DNA of 51,054 nucleotides, from contig CAVCSJ010000001.1 in assembly GCA_963604895.1 (NCBI GenBank), positions 1 to 51,054 of the forward strand, written 5' to 3'. The translations under genes and the position numbers were made by a program. Below are positions 26,572 through 35,730 of the stretch, one piece after another. Below the pieces are notes generated by a model, which saw nothing but the letters and a program-made list of their open reading frames with translations, was not told the origin of the DNA and searched no databases. The stretch is from a bacterium (GTDB taxonomy: Bacteria; Bacteroidota; Bacteroidia; Bacteroidales; UBA932). Each line of letters begins with the position of its first letter. The first letter of the stretch is position 1.

Positions 26572-27888
26572 ATGGCCACATACACAAAACGAAACCCCTG
26601 GCTCTGGATACCCACGCTCTATTTCGTGGAAGGAGTCCCTTATTTTCTCGTGAACAACGTCTCGGTTCTGATGTTCGCCCGCCTCGGCGTGCCGAACAGC
26701 CAGATGGCGCTCTTCACCTCCCTGCTTTATCTCCCGTGGACTCTGAAGTTCTTCTGGAGCCCGTTCGTGGACATTCTCAAGACCAAGCGCTGGTGGATCA
26801 TCGCGATGCAGCTCATTATGTCCGTCGCCTTCCTGGCCCTCGCGCTCACGATGCCGCGGCCTGATGCGGACCTGATAGCCTCCGGACAGACTCCTATGGG
26901 CCTGTTCACCTTCACTCTGATATTGTTTATTTTCGCGGCCTTCGCCTCGGCCACGCACGACATTGCGGCCGACGGCTTCTATATGCTGGCCCAGAGCCAG
27001 AGCAGTCAGGCGGCCTTCGTGGGAGTGCGCAGCACCTTCTACAGACTTGCCAACGTGTTCGGTAACGGCGTCATCGTGGCTGTGGCCGGTATCCTGGAGG
27101 TCAAGACGGGCAACATTCCTCTCGCCTGGCAGCTTACCATCGGCGGGTCCGCAGTCCTTCTGACATTGCTTACTTTATATCACACTTATGCGATTCCGAT
27201 TCCGGAGACCGATGTGCCACGCGGAGAGAAGGCCAATTTCAGGTCCATCTTCTCCGAGTTCGGCCGCACCATCGTCACCTTCTGCAAGAAGCCCGGCGTG
27301 ATTCTCGCCATCGTCTTTATGCTCTGCTACCGTCTTCCTGAGGCCTTCCTCATCAAGATGTGCACTCCGTTCCTGGTGGCTTCCCGCGATGCGGGCGGAC
27401 TCGGAATGCAGACCGCCCAGGTCGGCATAGCCTACGGTACCCTCGGCGTGATCTTCCTGCTTCTCGGAGGTATTCTCGGAGGCCTGCTTGCATCCAGGAT
27501 CGGACTTAAAAAGTCCATCTGGATAATGGCCGCCTTTATGACGCTGCCTTGTCTGAGCTTCGTGTATCTCGCTGTGGCTCAGCCTGAAAGCTTTGCTGTC
27601 ATCAGCATCTGCATCGCCATCGAGCAGTTCGGCTACGGCTTCGGCTTCACCGCGTATATGCTCTATATGATGTACTTCTCGGAGGGCGAGTTCAAGACTT
27701 CGCACTACGCCTTCTGCACCTGCTTTATGGCGCTCAGTATGATGATTCCGGGTATGTTCGCCGGCTTCCTGCAGGAGTCCCTCGGCTATAAGGGCTTCTT
27801 CTGGATGGTAATCGTCTGCTGCATCGCGACCATTTGCGTAACATTCCTCGCTGACAGAAAAATCGATCCTGAATACGGTAGAAAATGA
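26572..27888 (+). CDS. ampG: AmpG-family MFS muropeptide transporter
   Basis: LYFVEGVPY, LPWTLKFFWSPFVD and SATHDIAADGFY motifs; about 12 TM helices; peptidoglycan-salvage neighbours. Confidence 0.85.
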   Translation: MATYTKRNPWLWIPTLYFVEGVPYFLVNNVSVLMFARLGVPNSQMALFTSLLYLPWTLKFFWSPFVDILKTKRWWIIAMQLIMSVAFLALALTMPRPDADLIASGQTPMGLFTFTLILFIFAAFASATHDIAADGFYMLAQSQSSQAAFVGVRSTFYRLANVFGNGVIVAVAGILEVKTGNIPLAWQLTIGGSAVLLTLLTLYHTYAIPIPETDVPRGEKANFRSIFSEFGRTIVTFCKKPGVILAIVFMLCYRLPEAFLIKMCTPFLVASRDAGGLGMQTAQVGIAYGTLGVIFLLLGGILGGLLASRIGLKKSIWIMAAFMTLPCLSFVYLAVAQPESFAVISICIAIEQFGYGFGFTAYMLYMMYFSEGEFKTSHYAFCTCFMALSMMIPGMFAGFLQESLGYKGFFWMVIVCCIATICVTFLADRKIDPEYGRK

Positions 27889-29132
27889 TGAAAAAGATAT
27901 TGACATTGGCCGCTGCCGCTCTGATGACGCTTGCGGCCGCAGCACAGGTAAAACCTGGCATTGAGGTCCTCCGCGACCGGAATTTCCAGGGACTCGAAGG
28001 AAAAAGAGTCGGTCTGCTCATCAACCCGAGCGGAGTGGACAGGCAACTGCACTCCACGATTGACATTCTCCACAACGCGGAGAATGTCAATCTGGTACGC
28101 CTCTTCGCTCCTGAGCACGGCGTGCGCGGAGACATTTACGCCGGCGGTCACGCTGACGACACGGTCGACGAGACCACGGGCCTGAAGGTCTATTCCATTT
28201 ACGGCAAGTACCGCACTCCGACTCCGGAAATGCTTGAGGGACTGGATGTTGTAGTTTATGACATTCAGGATGTCGGCGCCCGCTCCTATACTTTCATCAG
28301 CGCTCTCGGTCTGATGATGCGCGCCTGCGCGGAGAACGGAATCGAGGTGATGGTGCTAGACCGTCCGAATCCTCTGAACGGCCTCAAGGTTGAGGGCTGC
28401 TACGTGGAGCCCGGCTTCCATTCCTATATCGGAGAGTTCAAAATCCCTTATGTATACGGACTTACGGTGGGCGAACTTGCCCTTCTCATAAACGGGGAAG
28501 GGCTGAACTGCGGTGAGAAGGGCGACCTCGAGCCGCTGAAATGCCAGCTTACCGTCGTGCCTATGGAGGGCTGGAAGAGGTCTATGACTTATTCCCGGAC
28601 CGGTCTGCCGTGGGTGCTTCCGTCTCCTCAGGTGCCGGGCTCTCAGAACGCGATAGGCTATCCTTGCGCGGGAATCGTGGGCGACTTCTCGTCCTTCTAT
28701 CTCAATATCGGTGTGGGCTACACCCTTCCTTTCGAGGTGTTCGCTGCCGAATGGATTGATGCACAGAAGTTTAAAGAGGCTCTCGACAGCTACAATATCC
28801 CGGGAGTGGCTTTCAGAACCATCCATTACAAGCCTTTCTTCGGCACCGACCAGGGCAAGCTCCTGCACGGAGTCCAGTATTATTTCACCGACTACGACGC
28901 GGCTCCTCTCACCCTGCTGAATTTCTATGTGATGCAGGCAGTTCACGAGCTTTATCCGGAGCACAACCCTTACGATGGGAAGGCGAACCGCACCCACGAT
29001 ATCGTATGTGGTACGGATTATGTTAGAAATACCTTCGGACAGAACTTCAAGGTTTCGGACATCATAGATTACTGGAACAAGGATGTCGAGGCTTTCAAGT
29101 CTCTTTCGAAAAAGTATTATCTTTATAACTAG
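27885..29132 (+). CDS. namZ: Exo-beta-N-acetylmuramidase NamZ (DUF1343/YbbC)
   Basis: Signal peptide; LFAPEHGVRG, YDIQDVGARSYTFI, VLDRPNP, YGLTVGELA and WVLPSP. Confidence 0.88.
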   Translation: MMKKILTLAAAALMTLAAAAQVKPGIEVLRDRNFQGLEGKRVGLLINPSGVDRQLHSTIDILHNAENVNLVRLFAPEHGVRGDIYAGGHADDTVDETTGLKVYSIYGKYRTPTPEMLEGLDVVVYDIQDVGARSYTFISALGLMMRACAENGIEVMVLDRPNPLNGLKVEGCYVEPGFHSYIGEFKIPYVYGLTVGELALLINGEGLNCGEKGDLEPLKCQLTVVPMEGWKRSMTYSRTGLPWVLPSPQVPGSQNAIGYPCAGIVGDFSSFYLNIGVGYTLPFEVFAAEWIDAQKFKEALDSYNIPGVAFRTIHYKPFFGTDQGKLLHGVQYYFTDYDAAPLTLLNFYVMQAVHELYPEHNPYDGKANRTHDIVCGTDYVRNTFGQNFKVSDIIDYWNKDVEAFKSLSKKYYLYN

Positions 29133-29138
29133 ACTATT

Positions 29139-30791
29139 ATGAACCGGATTATTATCAGAACAGCCCTGTCTGCCATCATCGCGGCAGCACTTGTGGCCGC
29201 TCCGGCCGAGTCTTTCGCTCAGGTCCGTCGAGGCGGAAGCGGTACGTCCACCACCACATCATCTCAGGTAAACCGCAGCAACTCCAGCACATCTTCTTCT
29301 AAATCAGGCAGTTCGCAGGTAAACCGCAGCAACTCCAGTACATCTTCTTCCAAGTCAGGCAGTTCTCAGGTGAACCGCAGCAATTCCGGCTCGACTAAGT
29401 CGAGCGGCGCGCAGGTGAACCGAAGCAACGGGAGCAGCAACAGCTCCTCGACCGTGAACCGCAGCACAAGCAGTTCGTCGTCAAGCAGTTCTCAGGTGAA
29501 CCGCAGCAACAGGAGCAGCAACAGCTCCAGCAGTTCGCAGGTGAACCGCAGCAACAGGAGCAATAACAGCTCCAGCAGTTCCCAGGTGAACCGCAGCAAC
29601 AAGAGCAGCAACAGCTCCTCGACCGTGAACCGCAGCACTTCGGGCAGCAGCACCGGCAGCAGCTCCACAGTCAGCCGCGGATCGAACTCCACGAACTCCT
29701 CAAGTTCTTCAAAGTCATCAAGTTCCAGCGGCAGAGTAGTCCGTTCCGTCCGTGACAACAGCTCCAGCTCTTCTTCCTCATCATCATCTTCTTCCACCGC
29801 CCGCTCCGCCACATCCACAAGCGGCACCGGCCTCACCCAGATTTCATCCGACGGTGACAACGCCCAGGTGGAAAGAAGCGGCGACGTGGTCCGCAGAAAC
29901 CTCAGCGTCACCAACAAGGGTCTCGGAAGCAGCAACAGCAGCAACAGGGAGCAGCGCGACGGAAACAACGACCGGAGAATGCAGGGCGGCAGCCAGAACC
30001 GAGTAAACGAGCCGGTTCAGCCGGCACTGAACTCCTACGGCCGCGGCCAGATGCGTATGGACGACCAGAGAGACCTCCACAGAATCCATCCGAAGGAGCG
30101 TGGCTATATGACTTACGACCACATCGGACATTTCTACAAGCCTGAGTTCCACTACTTTGGCTACAGAGTCAAGGAACTTCCGCCGTCCTACCGCCAGATG
30201 AAGCACTGGGGACGCAGATACTACTACTACGATGACGTTTACTATACGCCTTACGGATCCTACTACAGAGTATGCCGTCCGCCGTTCGGAGTCGTCGTGG
30301 ATATGGCCATCAAGGATCTGACAATGGCGACGGTGCGTTTCGCGTACTATCACAATATCTACCACGATATGAATGTGATCGATAAGAACTACCGCACGAT
30401 CCTCCAGCAGAACCGTACCATAGCGGAGAACAATGCCCTGATCGCAAAGCAGAACTCCCAGCTCGCGCTGAATTCCACCCGCGCTCTCTCGGCATACGAA
30501 ATCGCTGATGCTCTGCAGCTTATCCAGAGCTACGCAGGCATCGACACCGACTACTACTACGAGGACGGAGTCTTCTATACGATAAACAATCGCGGCAAGT
30601 ACGAGGTTATCGTCCCTCCAGCGGGAGCCCTCGTGGACCAGCTGCCTGACGACTACGACACCATCGTGCTCAGCGGAGTCGAGTACTACAGAGTCGATGA
30701 CACAGTCTACCGTCTTACGCTCGTCGACGGTTCGCCGTATCTCGAAGTTCTCGGCCAGCTGCCGAGTTCGCTCGCAGAGTATTATTATTAA
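29139..30791 (+). CDS. Secreted protein with Ser-rich repeats and a DUF6515-like C-terminal region
   Basis: Signal peptide; about 230 aa of Ser/Asn/Arg low complexity; Tyr-rich YYYYDDVYY...Y.V..PP.G repeats. Confidence 0.7.
   Translation: MNRIIIRTALSAIIAAALVAAPAESFAQVRRGGSGTSTTTSSQVNRSNSSTSSSKSGSSQVNRSNSSTSSSKSGSSQVNRSNSGSTKSSGAQVNRSNGSSNSSSTVNRSTSSSSSSSSQVNRSNRSSNSSSSSQVNRSNRSNNSSSSSQVNRSNKSSNSSSTVNRSTSGSSTGSSSTVSRGSNSTNSSSSSKSSSSSGRVVRSVRDNSSSSSSSSSSSSTARSATSTSGTGLTQISSDGDNAQVERSGDVVRRNLSVTNKGLGSSNSSNREQRDGNNDRRMQGGSQNRVNEPVQPALNSYGRGQMRMDDQRDLHRIHPKERGYMTYDHIGHFYKPEFHYFGYRVKELPPSYRQMKHWGRRYYYYDDVYYTPYGSYYRVCRPPFGVVVDMAIKDLTMATVRFAYYHNIYHDMNVIDKNYRTILQQNRTIAENNALIAKQNSQLALNSTRALSAYEIADALQLIQSYAGIDTDYYYEDGVFYTINNRGKYEVIVPPAGALVDQLPDDYDTIVLSGVEYYRVDDTVYRLTLVDGSPYLEVLGQLPSSLAEYYY
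29265..29639 (+). repeat. Nine intragenic (Q/T)VNRS repeats
   Basis: GT(A/G)AACCG(C/A)AGC unit recurring at about 39-51 bp spacing. Confidence 0.85.
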
Positions 30792-30797
30792 TCCCGG

Positions 30798-30832
30798 ATT
30801 GGCTGGCTGAGAGTCCTCAGCCAGCCAATTTT
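30798..30832 (+). terminator. Rho-independent terminator
   Basis: ATTGGCTGGCTGAG-agtc-CTCAGCCAGCCAAT perfect 14-bp stem followed by Ts. Confidence 0.8.
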
Positions 30833-30849
30833 GACCTGTACCTGAAAAT

Positions 30850-30857
30850 TAACTTTG
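30850..30857 (+). promoter_or_regulatory. -7 promoter element for the Stealth gene
   Basis: TAACTTTG 16 nt before the ATG. Confidence 0.55.
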
Positions 30858-30873
30858 TACTATTCCAATTGCC

Positions 30874-31848
30874 ATGTCCTGCAGCGAAAAGATAGATGCA
30901 GTTCTTACCTGGGTGAACGGCAACGATCCGGTCCTGAGTGCCGAGAGAAGTAAATATCTGACCTCCAAAAGGGAGGATAAATTTGAGGATATCGCTGGCA
31001 GTGAGCGATTTGTCCAGTCCGACGAAATTCGTTTCGCGGTGGCGTCCATCCTTCGTTTCGCCCCTTACATCGGACGCATCTTCATTATCACCGACAGACA
31101 GAATCCCGAACTTGACGGCTTTCTGGCGGCGAATTTTCCGGACAGCAAAGTCCCGGTCATAATCGTTGACCATAAAGAGCTGTTCGTGGGATACGAACAG
31201 TATCTGCCGGTGTTCAACAGCCTTGCCATAGAGACGATGATGTGGCGTATTCCGGGCCTGTCGGAGAAGTTCATATATATGAACGACGATTTCTTCTTTG
31301 CTGGCCCGTCCGAGATGGAAGACCTCTTCAGAGACGACAAGGTGGTATGCTATTCCGGTACCTTTAACTGTCTGAAAATGAAGGCTATCCGTTTAGTCCG
31401 TCCGAAAAAGGACGGACACAGCCGCTTCACATACAAGGATTCCCTGCTCAACGCCGCGGAGATCATAGGCGCAAGGCATTTCTTTTACCTGCCTCACGAG
31501 CCGTATCCGATATTCAAGAGCGAGCTGGAGTCATACTTTACAAATCATCCCGAGTGCATTGAACGCAATATCCGCCATCGGTTCAGAGACGCGGAGCAGT
31601 TCAATGTCCAGGGCTTTTTCTGTGTCCTTGCCGAGCGCAAGGGCAGGCTGATCCACAAAAGCCACAGGAATGTCAATCTGATGATCCGCAAGCCTAAGAG
31701 CCTGGGGTATCTGAAGTCCAAGCTCGAATGGGCGGATTCCCGCAAGAATCTCAAGTACGGATGTATGAATGCGTTACAGATTGCAGATCCGCAGCAGAAG
31801 GCTCTGTTTGAAAACTGGATCTGCAACCGTCTGTCGATTAAAATCTGA
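30874..31848 (+). CDS. Stealth-family sugar-phosphate transferase
   Basis: CR1 IDAVLTWVNGND; CR2 EIRFAVASI..FAP..GRIFIITD, FNSLAIE and FIYMNDDFF. Confidence 0.88.
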   Translation: MSCSEKIDAVLTWVNGNDPVLSAERSKYLTSKREDKFEDIAGSERFVQSDEIRFAVASILRFAPYIGRIFIITDRQNPELDGFLAANFPDSKVPVIIVDHKELFVGYEQYLPVFNSLAIETMMWRIPGLSEKFIYMNDDFFFAGPSEMEDLFRDDKVVCYSGTFNCLKMKAIRLVRPKKDGHSRFTYKDSLLNAAEIIGARHFFYLPHEPYPIFKSELESYFTNHPECIERNIRHRFRDAEQFNVQGFFCVLAERKGRLIHKSHRNVNLMIRKPKSLGYLKSKLEWADSRKNLKYGCMNALQIADPQQKALFENWICNRLSIKI

Positions 31849-31883
31849 GGGCGGTTTCTCGGGCGATGTGTTGAAAATATTGC

Positions 31884-31891
31884 TATCTTTG
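31884..31891 (+). promoter_or_regulatory. -7 promoter element for the AsmA gene
   Basis: TATCTTTG. Confidence 0.55.
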
Positions 31892-31912
31892 TAGGCTTTC
31901 AGGATTTTGGGG

Positions 31913-34900
31913 ATGGGAAAAGGAAAGAAACTCTTCGGTCGCATTGTCGCGGGCATTCTGGCTGTGGTGGTAATTATCGTCGCAGTCCTTCAGATTGTGC
32001 TCAGCGGCAAAGTCCTGACCCCTATAGCGATGAAATATCTGCCATCTATGGTGGACGGGGAAGTCCGTCTGGGAGAAATCTCCGGAAGCCTCGTAAGCTC
32101 TTTTCCGCATCTTCGCGTAAATATCGACGATCTTGTCCTCACTTATCCCCACGACAAATTCAGCCGCTATGACAGCCTCGGAATCGACGGCCGCCTGCTG
32201 CACGCGGGAAGGGGAGAGAGAGTCGACACATTGGCTGAGCTTGGAAAGCTCAGCCTCAGCATCAATCCGTTCGCGCTTCTGCGCGGCGAGTATCACCTTC
32301 CGATGGCAAGATTCTCCGGCCTCAGGCTGTACGCGCACTACTACGATTCCACGGCCGCGAACTGGAACATACTCACTTTCCTCGCTTCCGATCCCGCAGA
32401 CACCACAAGCGGCGCCCTTCCGACCATCTCCCTGGACAGGCTTTCATTTGAGGACGACCCCCGCATAGTCTTCACCGACCAGACGGATACGATTTATGCA
32501 TTCGTGGGCCTTAATGAGCTGAATTTCAAGGGTGTGATCGAGGAGGATTTTCTCCATAACTTCGGGAAGGAACGCCATAGGAGAGAGCGCCTGAGCCTCA
32601 GCCTCGACGACCTGCACATCACGGGCCGAATGCCCGCCGACACGCTCGCGGCCTCATTCAAACACCTCGCCCTTTTCGAACACAAGGACCACGTGGACCT
32701 GAATCTATCCGCCGAAGCGATGCTCTTCACCAGGGCTTTCGGCCGTATGAAAGTCCCGATAGACCTCGATATGGAGCTCGGTTTCCCGAAAGTCGATGAC
32801 GGCAGTCTGAGGGTGGAACTCCTGGAACTCGACACCAGATTCTCCTCGCTTCCGCTCGAGGCGAATGGAGATATCATAATCAAGACCGACAGCACCTACG
32901 TCAGACTTGACGCGGCCATAAAGGATTGCCCTCTGGGCAGCCTGCTCAGCGAATACGGCGGGAATTTCACGGAAATCGCAAATGACGTGCAGACCGATGC
33001 GGTCATCTCGCTGAATGTGAACGCCGACGGATGGTATGTGCCTAAGTATGACCTGCTTCCGAAAGTGACGGCCCATCTCGAAGTGCCGTCTTCCACTTTC
33101 AGCTACACTGACCTCATCGATGACGGCGAATTCGACCTGGACTTCGATGCAAGCCTGGGCGGGGATGGTGTCCTCGATGCTACGGCTAACGATTTCTGTC
33201 TGAAATTCAGGGGGTTGGATCTTATGATGTCCGGCAGTGCCTCTGACCTTCTCGGAGAAGATCCGCTTTTCGATGTCACCGCCTTCTTCTGCACCGAATT
33301 CTCCGACCTGCTGCGCTTCCTCCCTGAGGATTCCGGCATCCAGGCCTCGGGAGATGTGGACCTTGAGCTTGACGGTAAGGCAAGGCTCTCGCAGCTGAAC
33401 CTCTACAATTTCTCGAAGACCTCGCTCACCGGCCGCGTCTTCAGCGACAATCTTATGCTCGCGATGCCTGACAGCGGACTCTACGCCGTCATAGCCCAGC
33501 CGGATATCCGCCTCGAAACCACTGACAAGGGCGTGGCTCTCGTGGCCTCAATCGACAGCGTACGCTTCTCAGCTTCAGATACTTACATTAAGGGTAGCGG
33601 CCTTTCGCTGAAGGCCCGCAATGACGGAGCCATCCTCGGCGGTGACGGCAAGGTCCAGCCTCTTCGCGCCGACCTGGAGGTGGAAAGCCTGAATATGCTC
33701 AGCTCCGACTCAATGACCGTGGCCTTGAGAAACAGCGTGAACAAGTTGATAATCAGCAGGGTGGCTGATTCGGACAGCATCCGCCCGCACTACTCCTGGA
33801 CCAGCGGGAACGACGCCGGTTACATAAGTATGCCGTCGCTCGGACGCGCGACCATCCAGAATCTCGACCTCAGTGCATCGGCCCAGGCCAGAGTCCGCAA
33901 CCGTCGCCGCCAGAGACAGGAAACTCCCGAGATGCTCCGCCGCCGCGCGATGATCGATTCGCTCCAGAGGCTCCATCCGGCCGCCAGCCGCGACTCGCTT
34001 ATGGCGATGCTCGGCACGCCTGACTTCCTCTCCGAGAAGGAGTTCCGTCTGCACGACATCAGCTTCGATCTGGGCGAGAGCGTCACTTCACTGCTCAAGA
34101 ATTGGCGGCCTGACGCCTCCATATCTGTCGGCGCGGCCAATCTTGTAACGCCCCTCCTGCCTCTGCGCAACCGCGTAAACGGCCTTCAGCTTACGCTCAA
34201 TGACGATGAACTGGCCATCCCGCGTCTGCAGCTCACTTCCGGCAGCTCCCACCTGGGACTCAATGCGAAATTGACTGGCCTGCGGCCAGTCCTTATGGGG
34301 CGGAGCGCGCCTCTGAACCTCGATGCTCAGATTTACTCCAAGAGACTGAATCTCAATGAACTGATAGCTGCGGCGTACACCGGCTCGCAGCTCGCGGATT
34401 CCACTTACAGCTTCGCGGAAGGGGACGAGAGCTTCATTACGGACACGCTCGAGAACGCTCAGACGCAGCTCTCCTATTCGCTTTTCGTGGTGCCTGCTAA
34501 CCTGAACGCCGATGTGAAACTTCAGGTGGACAGCCTGGACTATTCGTACTTCTCCATCGGGCAGCTAAGCACGGATGTGGCTGTGCGTGAGCGTTGTATA
34601 CAGCTGACGAACACGATGGCGACTTCAGCGTACGGCGATGTCGCCTTCGACGGCTTCTATTCCACGAAGTCGAAAAAGGACATTACTGCGGGCTTCAACC
34701 TGGGTCTCAAGGACATAACGGCGGAGAGGGTGATCGATGTCATTCCGGCCATCGACAGCCTCGTGCCGATGCTCAGCTCGTTCAAGGGCCTTCTGAACTG
34801 CGAACTTGCCGCCACGACGCAGCTGGATACGAATATGAACGTGCTTCTGCCTACGCTGAACGGCATCGTGAAGCTCGGCGGAGAGAATCTGGAGCTCGAG

Positions 34901-35677
34901 GACAGCAAGTCGCTGCGCAAGATCGCCAAACTGCTGATGTTCAAGGACACCAAGGTCAGCCGCATCGACGAGATGTCCATAAACGGCATCATCGCGAACA
35001 ACCAGCTGGAGATCTTCCCGTTCATTCTTAGCGTGGACCGTTACACATTGGGACTGAACGGCTTGCAGCAGTTCGACACGAATTTCCGCTATCACGTTTC
35101 GGTCATAAAGTCGCCTCTGCCGTTCAAGTTCGGCATAAATCTCAAGGGTAATTTCGACGACTGGACCTACAGCCTCTGCAAGGCAAAGTACAAGAGCACC
35201 AAGCTTCCTGTCTACACTTCGCAGATCAATGACATCCAGATAAATCTCGCGACTTCCATCAAGGACATCTTCCGCAAGGGAGTGGATCTCGCTCTTCGCG
35301 AGACTACTTCGGCCGCTCATAATCTCAAGTCTGACAGCGAGAGGGATGATCTGGCCCTGACGGCTCAGGAGGGTGATGACGATATGCTCTCGGCTGAAGA
35401 GATGAGCCAGATGGATGAGTATATGACTGAAACTGAGCTGGAAAGGCAGAGCGAGGAACTTGAGGCAGAGCTCGACGATATGTTCGATGATATGTTCAGT
35501 CTGGAGGCTCTCTCCGCCCTCACGCAGGACAGCAAATCTCAGAAAGAGGAGGAGAAGGCCGTGAAGCAGGCCGAGAAGGAGCAGGCCGCCGCCGCGAAAT
35601 CTGCAAAGTCTGAGGCCCGTGCCGAGGCCGCCCGCGCCAAAGTCCTCGCCCGCCAGAAAGCCTCGAAGAAAGACTAG
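31913..35677 (+). CDS. AsmA-like large inner-membrane-anchored protein
   Basis: Single N-terminal TM, SLVSSFPHL.V.I, long beta-rich body and C-terminal LEIFPF...DRY...YHVSVIKSPLPFKFGINL. Confidence 0.78.
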   Translation: MGKGKKLFGRIVAGILAVVVIIVAVLQIVLSGKVLTPIAMKYLPSMVDGEVRLGEISGSLVSSFPHLRVNIDDLVLTYPHDKFSRYDSLGIDGRLLHAGRGERVDTLAELGKLSLSINPFALLRGEYHLPMARFSGLRLYAHYYDSTAANWNILTFLASDPADTTSGALPTISLDRLSFEDDPRIVFTDQTDTIYAFVGLNELNFKGVIEEDFLHNFGKERHRRERLSLSLDDLHITGRMPADTLAASFKHLALFEHKDHVDLNLSAEAMLFTRAFGRMKVPIDLDMELGFPKVDDGSLRVELLELDTRFSSLPLEANGDIIIKTDSTYVRLDAAIKDCPLGSLLSEYGGNFTEIANDVQTDAVISLNVNADGWYVPKYDLLPKVTAHLEVPSSTFSYTDLIDDGEFDLDFDASLGGDGVLDATANDFCLKFRGLDLMMSGSASDLLGEDPLFDVTAFFCTEFSDLLRFLPEDSGIQASGDVDLELDGKARLSQLNLYNFSKTSLTGRVFSDNLMLAMPDSGLYAVIAQPDIRLETTDKGVALVASIDSVRFSASDTYIKGSGLSLKARNDGAILGGDGKVQPLRADLEVESLNMLSSDSMTVALRNSVNKLIISRVADSDSIRPHYSWTSGNDAGYISMPSLGRATIQNLDLSASAQARVRNRRRQRQETPEMLRRRAMIDSLQRLHPAASRDSLMAMLGTPDFLSEKEFRLHDISFDLGESVTSLLKNWRPDASISVGAANLVTPLLPLRNRVNGLQLTLNDDELAIPRLQLTSGSSHLGLNAKLTGLRPVLMGRSAPLNLDAQIYSKRLNLNELIAAAYTGSQLADSTYSFAEGDESFITDTLENAQTQLSYSLFVVPANLNADVKLQVDSLDYSYFSIGQLSTDVAVRERCIQLTNTMATSAYGDVAFDGFYSTKSKKDITAGFNLGLKDITAERVIDVIPAIDSLVPMLSSFKGLLNCELAATTQLDTNMNVLLPTLNGIVKLGGENLELEDSKSLRKIAKLLMFKDTKVSRIDEMSINGIIANNQLEIFPFILSVDRYTLGLNGLQQFDTNFRYHVSVIKSPLPFKFGINLKGNFDDWTYSLCKAKYKSTKLPVYTSQINDIQINLATSIKDIFRKGVDLALRETTSAAHNLKSDSERDDLALTAQEGDDDMLSAEEMSQMDEYMTETELERQSEELEAELDDMFDDMFSLEALSALTQDSKSQKEEEKAVKQAEKEQAAAAKSAKSEARAEAARAKVLARQKASKKD

Positions 35678-35698
35678 GCCGCTTCGACGAAAATTTCT

Positions 35699-35706
35699 TA
35701 TATTTG
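35699..35706 (+). promoter_or_regulatory. -7 promoter element for parE
   Basis: TATATTTG 24 nt before the ATG at 35731. Confidence 0.6.
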
Positions 35707-35730
35707 CAAGTTGGAAAACAAGACTTGCTT

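Noticed and set aside
29265..29639. CRISPR-like regularly spaced repeats
   Set aside because: The repeats are short, in frame within a protein and separated by related Ser-rich sequence; there are no cas genes.
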